Below, piece after piece: positions 52,660 to 64,000 of a stretch of 64,000 nt of DNA. Position 1 is the first letter of the stretch. The number at the start of each line of letters is the position of its first letter. Below the pieces are notes generated by a model. It made no database searches. It worked only from the letters and a program-made list of their open reading frames with translations, and had not been told where the DNA came from. The position numbers and the translations under genes were made by a program. Source of the DNA: Octopus vulgaris (Eukaryota); contig OX597819.1 in NCBI GenBank assembly GCA_951406725.2, positions 123,814,001-123,878,000 of the forward strand, given 5' to 3'.

Positions 52660-54165
52660 TCAGGATTTGGGCACCAAGGCCCATTCGAGCAGAGAGTTAT
52701 TGTTTGCGGAGACATATCCGGGTGTGGGTGGTTTGTCCGGTACTGTTTGAAGGAATTTGTCCAAAGACTTCTTGAATTTTGTGTGGTCAGTTTCTTTTTT
52801 GACGTGCCCTGGTGTAATGTTGAAGAGAGCAGGTCCAATTGAGGTGAAATAGTTGTGCCGTATTGTCGTTATGTGATGTGATTTAGATTTTTGTTGTGGA
52901 CGGATGGCACGTGGTCCAAGCCTTGGATGCATTTTGAAGGTGATGCCAACATCATTCGGACAGTCCTGGTGGAATATTTTCCACATCATACAGATAATGT
53001 AGCGTTCACGGCGTCGTTGGAGTGAATACAATTTCAGCTTCTCTAGTCTAGCCCAGTAGTCAAGGTCTGACATGCCATCTATCTTTTTTGTGATTGACCT
53101 TTGGGGAGCTTCAATTCTCATAATATTTTGTTTTGTGTAGGGAGACCACAGTGGACAGCAGTATTCAAGGTGGGGTCGGGCAAAAGTGGAGAAGAGAAGG
53201 ATAATAGCGTGGGAATCTCTCGACTGGAAGGTTCTGAGAATCCAGGAACACATTCTGCGGGCCATGTCAACTTTGCTGCTTATATGTGTAGCCCAGCTTA
53301 TGTTGTTGTCCACTGTTACTCCCATGTCTCTGATGTTGTTGGATGCCATGAGAATTTCTCCAGAAGGAAGAGAGTATGGGAGTTTCAGAGCGTCCTCCCT
53401 TCCAAAGTGGATCAGTTCAAATTTGTCTTCATTTAGCAACATGTTATTCTTTTCCGCCCATTGGACAACAGCCAGTAGGTCTGACTGAAGGTTTATTCGG
53501 TCATCCACGCCATTGATGACCTTCTGGAGCTTGGAATCATCAGCGAAGGTTCTGATGTTACTGTGTTTGATGGTGTCAGTAATATCATTTATGTAGATGA
53601 TGAAGAGAAGTGGGCCCAACACAGTGCCTTGTGGGACACCACTGCTGACTTTGGCTGGGCTGGATTTGACTCCTTCGACTACAACATGTTGGGTTCTGTT
53701 AGACAGGAAGCACTTGATCCACTGCAGCAACTTTCCAGTGACACCAATATTGGACAGCTTTCTCAGAAGGATCTTATGATCAACCCTGTCAAAGGCCTTG
53801 CTGAAATCAAGGTAGATGACATCAGTGTTGGAACCTTCTCCCAAGGCTCTCAAAATGTCATCAAAATGATGCAGTAGCTGCGTCAGGCAATCTCTCCCAT
53901 TACGGAATCCATGCTGGTTGGGGTTCAGCATATTATGACTCTCAAGGAAGTGAGTCATACGCGATCTCAGCACCCTCTCAAATACCTTGATGATATGAGA
54001 GGTGAGTGAGATTGGACGGTAATTCACGGCAAGCGATTTGTTTCCTTTTTTGAAAACTGGGACAACAGACTGGGATAGAAGGTCCTCTGGTATATATCCA
54101 GCATCCAGTGAGTTCCGCCACAGATTGGCTAGAGGGGGTGCAAGTTGGTTTTGACACATCTTCAA
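52660..54165 (-). CDS. LINE reverse transcriptase domain (open part of ORF2)
   Basis: 501-aa ORF with all RT motifs. Confidence 0.9.
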   Translation of the reverse strand: MKMCQNQLAPPLANLWRNSLDAGYIPEDLLSQSVVPVFKKGNKSLAVNYRPISLTSHIIKVFERVLRSRMTHFLESHNMLNPNQHGFRNGRDCLTQLLHHFDDILRALGEGSNTDVIYLDFSKAFDRVDHKILLRKLSNIGVTGKLLQWIKCFLSNRTQHVVVEGVKSSPAKVSSGVPQGTVLGPLLFIIYINDITDTIKHSNIRTFADDSKLQKVINGVDDRINLQSDLLAVVQWAEKNNMLLNEDKFELIHFGREDALKLPYSLPSGEILMASNNIRDMGVTVDNNISWATHISSKVDMARRMCSWILRTFQSRDSHAIILLFSTFARPHLEYCCPLWSPYTKQNIMRIEAPQRSITKKIDGMSDLDYWARLEKLKLYSLQRRRERYIICMMWKIFHQDCPNDVGITFKMHPRLGPRAIRPQQKSKSHHITTIRHNYFTSIGPALFNITPGHVKKETDHTKFKKSLDKFLQTVPDKPPTPGYVSANNNSLLEWALVPKS

Positions 54166-54251
54166 GACACAAGCAGGGAACCTATCGGGACCTACTGCTG
54201 AATTATGCTTAATTTCCTTTATTGCTGCTAAGACATCAGGAGCGCCAAATG

Positions 54252-55469
54252 TTATGTCCGATAAAGTGTATACAGCCCAGATACAGCCCAGATACAGCCC
54301 AGATCAGTCATATCAGGATTACTGAAAACAGAGCAATATTGTTTCTGCAATATCTCTCCCATGGTTTTGGCATTGTCTTGAAGAGTACCATTTTCATCAA
54401 TCAGAGGGCCAACAGTAGAACCAGTGACTCTGTGTTTTTTTGCAAATGAAAAGAACACTTTGGGATTGAGTTTGATCTTCTCAATGGCCCAGGCCTCTTC
54501 AGCTCTTCGCTGACTATTGATGATAGACATCATGTTGTTTTGGAGTTTATGTTTTTTAATCTCTAGCGACGAGATGGCAGTCAGGTTGGTGTGTTGCTGT
54601 TGACAGTATTTCAGCATGTTGATCTTTTTGTTGATTCTTTTAATTTTCCTTATGAGAGATTTTCTATTTCTAGGGATTCGACACTTAGATTTGTTTGCAG
54701 ATCTTAATGGGGTGTGTCTTGCACATATGTTCATGATGGTGTCTACAAGTGACTGCCAGGACTTTTTAATGTTAGTGGGTGTGTATGTGTGCGTGAAGGA
54801 CCAATCGACTTGTGCAAGATCATTATTGATCGCTTCCCAGTTTGCATTGTGGAAATCCATAGTGTCAAATGGATGAACAGGAGGGATGACATTTGTTTTG
54901 CATTTTGGCCAGTAAAATCTCAGATCACAGAGAACCATGTCATGGTCGGAGAGTAGGGTTTTCTCCACTGCAATATTGTGGATAGTATCAGTGTGATTGC
55001 TGAAAATTAAGTCTAAGACGTTTTTGTGACATCTCGTTGGTTCGAGTACCAGTTGGGACAAGAAGAAGTCATCCATGAAGTCAAGAAGCGATTCCACTGC
55101 CTCCCTGTCAGGGGTTGAGAGAGAAGAACCTGGCGGCAGACTGTTTGTAGACCAGTCAACCCCGGGAAGGTTGAAGTCTCCCATCATTAAAATGTTGTCA
55201 GGTTGACACTGCTGAATGAAACACTTTATACTGTTGAGGCATTCCTTGAAGCATGGTAGGGGCGTTTGGGGTGGTCTGTAGAGCCCAACTACTGTTAAGT
55301 TGTTGGTTTGACTGAATACAGCGACTGCTTCGCAGTATCCATTCGAAAATATGTTCATGGCTTCTGTTGAGAATGAATCATGGACATAAATGGCAGTCCC
55401 ACCCTTTCTTCTGCCAGCACGATCAGCACGAATGGTTTTGAAATTTTTAACTTTCACCTCGGCTTCCAA
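54252..55469 (-). CDS. LINE apurinic-like endonuclease and linker (part of ORF2)
   Basis: 405-aa ORF with EEP motifs. Confidence 0.88.
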   Translation of the reverse strand: MEAEVKVKNFKTIRADRAGRRKGGTAIYVHDSFSTEAMNIFSNGYCEAVAVFSQTNNLTVVGLYRPPQTPLPCFKECLNSIKCFIQQCQPDNILMMGDFNLPGVDWSTNSLPPGSSLSTPDREAVESLLDFMDDFFLSQLVLEPTRCHKNVLDLIFSNHTDTIHNIAVEKTLLSDHDMVLCDLRFYWPKCKTNVIPPVHPFDTMDFHNANWEAINNDLAQVDWSFTHTYTPTNIKKSWQSLVDTIMNICARHTPLRSANKSKCRIPRNRKSLIRKIKRINKKINMLKYCQQQHTNLTAISSLEIKKHKLQNNMMSIINSQRRAEEAWAIEKIKLNPKVFFSFAKKHRVTGSTVGPLIDENGTLQDNAKTMGEILQKQYCSVFSNPDMTDLGCIWAVSGLYTLYRT

Positions 55470-55795
55470 GTGGAAGATGGGTTTCAGTGAGGACGAAGAA
55501 AGGGATGTGGTTTGGATGGGCCTCGACCCAGTCCTCCAGGAATCTTATCTTCCATTGGTGGAAGGGCTGATGCCTTGGGCATTAAGCAGAAATGTTGAGG
55601 CGAGAGTGGATGGTTTTAATTGTTTTGGTGATTTGTTTATTTGATTGCTTTTTAATGGCATGTGCAGTGGGGTATTTGTGGTGGATGGTGGTGGGTGATA
55701 GCTCGGATGTTTTTTTCCAGTTCTTTTGCTAGATTCATTATAGATATATTATAGATATATATATATATATACATATATATATAAATATACATATA

Positions 55796-55829
<34 letters not shown>

Positions 55830-55864
55830 AATATACATATATATATATACATATATATATATAC

Positions 55865-55928
<64 letters not shown>

Positions 55929-55940
55929 ATATATATCCGT

Positions 55941-57184
55941 TTGGCTGAGCTCGTCCTCACCCTCAATTGCTTCACATTCGCCGGGGAAACGTACCAACAG
56001 GTGTCCGGGGTCGCGATGGGAACTAGGATGGGCCCCAATTTCGCCAATCTCTTTCTTGGCTACATTGAGGCCCAAGTGTTCTCCCAGTTCTCTGGGCCGA
56101 CCCCGAACTATACGGTCGCTATATCGACGACTGTGTAGGTGCCACCTCCCTTTCCCGGGAACGTCTCGGCCAATTCATCTCTTTCCTTTCCAACTTTCAC
56201 CCCTCTCTTCAATTCACCTCCACCATCTCCAACACCTCTGTCAACTTCCTTGACATCTCTCTCCGCATCGATCACCCCTCCAGCTCTCTCACCACCACCG
56301 CCTTCTTTAAACCTACGGATTCCCACCTCTATCTCAACTTCTCTTCCTCCCACCCCTTCCACACCAAACGAGCCATCCCCTACTCCCAGTTCCTCCGCCT
56401 CCGACGTTTGTGCAGCCGCGACCAGGATTTCGAGACCCAATCTCAATACCTGGCCCGCATGTTCAGACTCCGAGGTTGCCCACCCACACTCCTCTCTGAT
56501 GCCCTCACCCGCGCCCGTCGCATCGACCGCACTACCGCCTTGTCTCCTTCCCCCCGCCCACCCCCCAACCGCACCCCCTTCCCCCTCCTTTTCCACCCCT
56601 CTACCCTACCCCTTCGTCGCAAGATACTACGTGCCTTCCGTCGCCTCCAGCTTGATCCCACCACCCGCCCCATTTTCCCTAACCCACCCCTGTCCTCTTT
56701 CAAACGAGCCCGCAATCTGCGTGACCTCCTGGTCCACAGCACCCTCTCCCCTTCCCCCTCAGCCCCACACGGATCATTCCCTTGCTCTAGATCCCGCTGC
56801 AACACTTGCCCCTTCATCACCAACACCACCGCTGTCACCGGCTCCAACCTGCATACTGTACGCATTAGGCACTCTTTTACGTGCACCTCGTCTGGCCTTA
56901 TTTACTGCATTAAATGCAACCTATGCGGGATGCTGTATGTAGGTCAGACGGGACGCCGGTTGTCCGACCGTTTCACTGAACACTTGAGGGACGTTCGCCT
57001 ACACTCTTTTTCTCCCGTCGCACGCCACTTCCGCTCGGCCGGCCATTCCCGAGATGACATCTCAGTGTTTGGTCTCGCCCCCCACAATGGTCGCCCACTT
57101 TCCAGGCTCCACTTGGAGCAACGCTACATCTTCACCCTACAAACTACCACCCCACACGGACTTAACACAGCCCCCTCCTCTTGA
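55941..57184 (+). pseudogene. Neptune PLE RT C-half plus zinc finger plus GIY-YIG; frameshift near 56102
   Basis: [73 protein letters not shown]. Confidence 0.92.
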
Positions 57185-60073
57185 GACCGTTTTTTTTGTT
57201 TTTTTTTTTTTTTTTTTTTCCGGACACACCACCCACACACACCCACCCACCTACCTCCCACCCACCTACCTACCTCCCACACGCCTGTTCACACACACAC
57301 ATACGTAGACCCATCTACGTACATACATTCACACATTTAATCACACACACTTACAGACACACATGCACATACACACACACATACATACACACACGCATAC
57401 ATACTTACACACACACACACAGACATACATACACACATACACACACACATACATACGCACATACATACACACACACTCACACACACACACCGCACGTACA
57501 TACCTCACACACACACACATGCACACATACATGTAGGCACATACATACATACATACCCACACATGCACACCCGTACACTGAATGCACACACACATACACC
57601 TTTTTGCATCCAGGCAGCCCCCCCCCCTCTTTTCTGCTTTCCGGTTTTGGCTGATGGATCCTCGGTTCCCGCGTAGCGGGGCGTTCGAGGGCCTTTGCGC
57701 TCGCGCGCCTTGGCGCGCGCTGGGGGCTCGGTCGGCCCCTTTGGGCTTGCGTTGCACTGCTTGTGCGTTGTGTGCGTGAGCGCGCTTCGTGTGTGTGGGC
57801 TTGCTTCGGATGTGCGCTTGCGTATGTTTGCATACATACCCACACACTCGCATGCATCCCTACCCACATACATACACGCACACCTACTCACACACACACA
57901 TACACACACACACATACCCGCACACACACACACATACATACATACACACACATACCCACTTCAGACATACACACACACAGACATACACCCATACACCCAC
58001 ACTCACACGCATACACACACACACATACACACGCACACGTACACATACACACACACACACACCCACATACATACATTACACTTGTATACGCACACACTTA
58101 CATTCATACACACACACCTACACAGCCATACCCTCACTCAGACACACACATCTACCTACACACACACAAACACACACTGACACACACCCATACATAGATA
58201 CATCTACACACTCACGCCTACACACATACATACACACATACATAAACACACACACATACACATACACACACATACGCACACACGCATATACTTATACACA
58301 TGCACACACACACACATACATACACCCATATACATACACACACACATACCTACATACTCCTATACGCACATACATACACACAGACATACACACATACACA
58401 CTCACACAAACATACACACACACATACTTACACACACACTCACCTGCACGCGCACACACATGCATGACAAACACTCATACACTCACACTCACATACGCAC
58501 ACACCAACATAAACACGCACACGCACACACACACCTACACTCCCACACACATACACACGCACCTACATACACACACGCACGCATACACACGCATACACAC
58601 ATACATTACACACGTACACACACACCTACATACACATGCACACACACACACACACAAACATGCACGGACACACCCAGACATACATACATACACCTATATA
58701 CACACGCCTACACACCTACATACACACACATATACACACGCCCACACAGCTACATACACACACATACATACACACATACACGGACACACCCATACATACT
58801 TACATACATACACCTATACACACACGCCTACACACCTACACACACACATGCACACACACACACATGTACGCACATACACACACATATACGCACACACATA
58901 TATACCCACACACATGCACACACACACACATACGCACATACATGCACGCATGCACACGCGCACACCTACACGCATACACACACACACACGCACGTACACA
59001 TACATACATACACACACGCATACATACACCCATACACATACATGCATCCTACACACACATACATACACACTCACACATACATACACACACACGCACTCAC
59101 TCACACACCTGTATGTTCGCGCACACACATGCACATACACACACTTCCCCACACCCACACGTACATACATACACACTCATACACACACACACACACACAC
59201 ACACGGACATACATCTATGCACACACATATATACACACATACTCACATACATTCATCGGACACACTGCCACCCAGACATACACACAGACACACTCACACA
59301 TCCACACGCACACATACGTACGCGCACACTCGCAGGCTCGCGCACACACGCGTTTGCGCCGGTTCGCGCACGCATGCGCCCGCATGCACCTCGCCCTTGG
59401 ACCCGACGAGACCTCCCGCCCGTTCCTGGGATGTCGCTTGTCGTTGGGTTTTCCCACGCCCGTCTCCGCGGGACCACTCCTCCATCTTCCCCTCCGCTGG
59501 AGTCCTTTTCCTAACCCCCCCCCTTTTTTTTTTTTTTCGTTACACACACGCGCACACATATACACACATTGCTTAAACATATACATCACTCTTACACACA
59601 TTCAATCTACTCGCCACTAATACTACCACGACACTGGACACACACACACACTACTACTCAACACACGCTGGCACGCTACATACGCCCCCACCCCTTCCCC
59701 TCCCTCCCTTCCTCCTTCCTCCCTTTTCTCACTACTGACCTTTGTCTGCTATGCTGCTGCTATGCTGACCACCGTCTCGCCCTACCTCACACGCCTACAC
59801 ACAGACGCACACACTAACACATACATATATTTTTTGTTTTTTTACCTCGCCTCACACACACACATACACACACGCACACGCACACACTCACACATACACA
59901 CACATCTGTTGCGTTACCAACCTTGTCTCCACTCTTTTGCCTTTAAAAACCCACTTTGCTCTTGTTATCGTAAACATCCGCCTTTCACCATGTGCTTCTG
60001 CTAACACCAGCCGTTTTTTTCTATCTCCGTTGCCCGCTCCGGGATCTTTCTTTCCTCTCTCTTCCTTCTTTAT

Positions 60074-60108
60074 GTTTCCGACGAAGAGCTCCGCTCGAAA
60101 CGTCATAC
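60074..60108 (+). ncRNA. Minimal variant hammerhead (CCGACGA core)
   Basis: GTTT-CCGACGA-A-GAGC TCC GCTC-GAAAC-GTC^ATAC. Confidence 0.6.
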
Positions 60109-60194
60109 CTCCCTGCTTCCATTTCCTGAGCGCCTATTAATAATAATACTGTAATTGTTCCCTTGTTGTTGTTTTTTTGTTTCCCGTTTGGATT

Positions 60195-60227
<33 letters not shown>

Positions 60228-60231
<4 letters not shown>

Positions 60232-60518
60232 TAATCCAAACAAGAAAACACAGAAAAAAAGAGAAAAAAACACAGCAACGCAGGACGTGGAACAATTAAA
60301 GTATTATTGACGCTCAGGAAAGAAGGGAAGGAGGGTTTAACGTTTCGAGCGGAGCTCTTCGTCGGAAACAAGGAGAAGGAAAGATCCCAAGGAGGGAAGA
60401 CAGAGGAGACAATATTTGAGCTGGTGGTGCTTAAGAGATCACATGTTGAAAAGAACAGAATTTGGAGGTAGTTGAAAAATGGTTTTATAATGCAAGAGAG
60501 TTCCAAAAAAAGGGAATG

Positions 60519-60551
<33 letters not shown>

Positions 60552-61291
60552 AAGATGACAAGTGTGTTTGTGCGTGCGTGTGTGTGTCTGTGTGTGTATT
60601 TTTTGATGAATAAAGGTAATGACAAAGCCAGCTGTGGTGATGACTGCTAGCTGTTTGTGTCAAGCTAGGACAAAGCCAGGTCAAAAAACAAAGGGCTATA
60701 TGTATCATAGTGTATGTGTTGTTTGTAGTGTGTGTGTGTGTGTGTGTGTGCATGTGTGTGTTCGTGTGTGTATGCGTAGAGTGTGGGTGTGTGGCGTAAC
60801 CTAGTACGTGTGTGCTTGTACGTGCGTGTGTGTGTGTAGGGATGTATATGTGGGTTTATTTGTGTGTGTGTATGTATGTGTGTATGTGTGTGCGTGTATG
60901 TGTGCGTTTGTATGTGTTTGTGTGTATGTGTGCGTGCGCGGTAGGTGTATATTGTGTATGTATATCTGTCGGTGTGTATGTGAGTTTGTGTGTGTTTGTA
61001 CGCGTGTATGTGTGTGTGAGTGTATAGTATATATATATGTAAATGTGTGTGTGTGTGTGCGTGTGTGTGTACGTGCGTGCGAGTGAATGTATGTATATAT
61101 GTGTGCGTGTGTGTACAATGTAGGGGGCTTATATGTGTGTTTATATGTGTGTGTGTATGTATGTGTGTATGTGTGTGTGTGTGTATGTATGTATGTATAT
61201 GTATGCGTGTGTGTATGTATGTATGTGTGTGTGTGTGTGTGTATGTGTGTATGTATGCGTGTGTGTATGTATGTATGTGTGTATGTGTGTA

Positions 61292-61322
<31 letters not shown>

Positions 61323-63185
61323 ATGTATGTGTATGTATGTATGTATGTATGTATGTATGTATGTATGTATGTATGTATGTGTGTATGTATGTATTTTTGC
61401 ATGCGTGTATGTGTGTATGTGCGTGTGTGTACATATGTATGTTTATGTATGTGTGTGTATGTATGTATTTATGTATGTAGTGTATGTATGTGTGTGTGTA
61501 TGTATGTATGTATGTATGTATGTGTGCATGCGTGTATGTGTGCATGTGTGTGTGTATGTATGTATGTATATATATGTGTGTGTGTGTGTGTGTATGTATG
61601 TATATGTGTGTGTGTATGTGCGTATGTATGTATGTGTGTGTATGTGTGTGTGTATGTGTGTATGTATGTATGTATGTGTATATGTGTAAGTTTGTGTGTA
61701 TGTATGTATGTATGTACGTGTGTGTGTATGTATGTGTGTGTATGTATGTATGTGTGCGTGCGTGTGTGTGTGTATGTATGTATATGTATGTTTGTGTATG
61801 TATGTATCTATGTATGTATGTGTGTTTGTATGTGTGTATATATGTATGTATGTGTGTATGCGTGTGTGTATGTGTGTGTGTATGTGTGTAAGTGTGTATG
61901 TATGTGTGTGTATGTAAGTGTGTGTGTATGTATTTATGGACGGGTGTATGTGTGTAAGTGTGTGTGTGTGTATGTGTATGTATGTATATGTACGCGTGTG
62001 TGTATGTATGTATGTGTGTATAGTATGTGTGTGTGTATGTATGTATGTGTCCATGCGTGTATGTGTGCATGTGTGTGTCTGTATGTATGTATGTATATGT
62101 ATGTGTGTGTGTATGTATATATGTGTCTATGTATGTATGTGTGTATGTATGTGTGTATGTGTGTGTGTATGTATGTGTGTGTGTATGTATGTATGTATGT
62201 AAGTGTGTGTGTATGTATGTGTATATATGTATGTGTGCATGCGTGTATGTGTGTATGTGCGTGTGTGTACGTATGTGTGTATATGTATGTGTGTGTATGT
62301 ATGTGTGTATGCATATATGCATGTGTGTATGTGTGTGTGTATGTATGTGTGTATTTGTGTATGTGTGTGTATGTATGTATGTATATGTATGTGTGTGTAT
62401 GTGTGTATGTATGTGTTTGTGTGTATGTGTACGTGTGTGTATGTATGTTTGTGTGTATGTGTGTATCTGTGTATGTATGTGTGTTGTATGTATGTATGTA
62501 TTATGTGTGTGTACGTGTGTGTATGTATGCATGTATGTATGTGTGTGTATGTATGTGTGCGTGCGTGTGTGTGTGGCTATGTGTGTGTGTATGTATGTGT
62601 GTATGTATATGTATGTGTGTGTATGTATGTATGTGTGTATGTATGTGTGTGTGAATGTATGTATGTGTGCATATGTGTATGTATGTGTGTGTGTATGTAT
62701 GTGTGTGTATATATGTATGTGTATGTGTATGTATGTATGAATGTATGTATGTATGTATGTATGTGTGCGTGTGTGTGTATGTATGTATGAATGTATCTAT
62801 GTATGTATTATGTGTGTGTATGTATGTATGTGTGTGTGTGAATGTGTACGTGTGGGGGTGGGGTTGGAGTTGTGTGGGCGTAAGGTACATGTGCGTGTGT
62901 GCGCTTACGTGCGTGTATCTGTGCGTCCCAGCTAGGTGTTTACAGGAGTGTGCGTATCTGTATGAGTATTGTCCCTGGTGTGTGTGCACGGGCATGTGTG
63001 TGTGTGCACGTGTGTGTGTGCACGTGTGTGTGTGCACGTGGGGGTGTGTGGGTGTGTGTATGGGTGTGGAAGTATGTGTGCGTACATGTGCATGTACGTT
63101 GTGTGTGTGTGGTGTGTTGGGAGTAGGTGTGTACGTGGGTACGTGAGTATGTGTGTGTGTGTGTGTGTGTGACTGCATAAGGACA
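60228..63185 (-). mobile_element. 3' end of a second Neptune-like PLE (pLTR plus CA-rich UTR), tail-to-tail with the first
   Basis: 60290-60370 is a diverged reverse complement of 60073-60160 with hammerhead at 60335-60369, followed by ~2.6 kb of GT/GTAT repeats. Confidence 0.7.
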
Positions 63186-63248
63186 ATTATAAAAATTTTT
63201 TAAAAAAATAATAATAATAATAATTAATAAACAATTTATTTATATATA

Positions 63249-63331
<83 letters not shown>

Positions 63332-63341
63332 TTATATATAT

Positions 63342-64000
63342 TGTAACGAAACGGACTGGATCGCCCGTCGTCGCCCGTCCCGAACGGCTCACACAAGTTC
63401 CGCCACGGAACCCAAAGAGGCGGAGAGAGGAGATACAGATAGATACTGCCACAACCTCAACAGCACAGAGATACAGAGGCACAACCCGAGATACAACCCA
63501 AAGAGGCAAGGCAACAACTGGCAACACTGGCTTATATTCAAACAACAGTTTATATGACAATCAATTGCTACACATCAAATACATTTAAGGCAGACATTTA
63601 AAGGAAGACATGCACGTGACTACTCAATACATCATACAACAGATCAAACATTTAACAACAGCATTTCAAGATTACAATTCAAAGCATAATACAACATCAT
63701 GTAACAATTCAAGAGTACACGTCCCAAGACAACAGTTCTCTTAAAGTCTCTTTCTGAACATCAATACCACAACTCGATAATCGACACATCGACAGAGTCT
63801 CTGACTGTTCTCTTCACTGTTCAATACACCGTGACACATATCAATGCACAACACATACCTCAATTCCCAATTGAATCTGCCAGTGTCCCATTCCTCTCAA
63901 TACTGCTAAATCCTCTGAATACTCTGCTAATTCCCCTCTGTGCATATTCCAATCGCTCGCTCCTAGGCCTCCTCGCATCCCAGCTCGCTCCCAGGAATTC
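63342..64000. mobile_element. Probable LTR edge of an LTR retrotransposon
   Basis: Begins TGTAACG directly after (TA)n with an abrupt composition change; the other end is not in the window. Confidence 0.45.

Larger units (their letters stand above)
52573..55745 (-). mobile_element. CR1-group (Crack/L2-like) LINE with near-complete ORF2
   Basis: APE endonuclease (TETH, YRPP, MGDFN, LDL, SDH) and RT (YRPISLTS, QHGFR, DFSKAFD, GVPQG, FADD); frameshift at an 11-bp triplication near 54275-54305; (TTCTAAGTTA)n tail. Confidence 0.92.
55936..60200 (+). mobile_element. Neptune-type PLE, 5'-truncated, with ~2.7-kb CA-rich 3' region and terminal pLTR
   Basis: Coding region, then CA/TACA low-complexity DNA 57220-59910, then pLTR with minimal hammerhead at 60074-60108; (TA)n on both sides. 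Confidence 0.85.

Noticed and set aside
56139-56942. Pro/Ser-rich 267-aa ORF and antisense ORFs over the Neptune PLE
   Set aside because: Shadow frames of a C-rich coding sequence.
57645-57700. CTGATGG...GAGGG as an edited hammerhead
   Set aside because: Could not reconstruct convincing stems after G-to-A reversion.
57181-63186. Long His/Thr-rich and Val/Cys/Met-rich ORFs (e.g. 595 aa at 57789, 544 aa at 61020)
   Set aside because: Translations of CA/GT microsatellites that lack stop codons; open in several frames, so not genes.

Overview
AT-rich, microsatellite-dense animal genomic DNA. The tRNA-derived SINE families and repeat landscape look like an octopus (coleoid cephalopod) genome; this is an inference. 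No intact host gene is evident, only one or two candidate isolated exons. Most long ORFs in the track are microsatellite translation artefacts. The window is almost entirely mobile DNA: five SINE families, CR1-group, RTE and R4/Dong LINE pieces, Helitron, Tc1/mariner and foldback elements, and a ~21-kb cluster (42.2-63.3 kb) of Penelope-like elements (PLEs) from three clades plus LINEs, separated only by (TA)n. Main observations: (1) two almost A-free patches in the CA-rich 3' region of a Neptune PLE that read as ADAR A-to-G hyper-edited RNA copied back into the genome; (2) a ~4.8-kb near-perfect palindrome made of two head-to-head copies of one PLE sharing a frameshift; (3) about ten hammerhead ribozyme motifs, canonical and variant, in PLE terminal repeats and in an AT-rich non-coding element; (4) a Naiad-type PLE whose Cys linker is replaced by an Asn/Ser-rich insert; (5) SINE multimers with a recurrent fixed junction.
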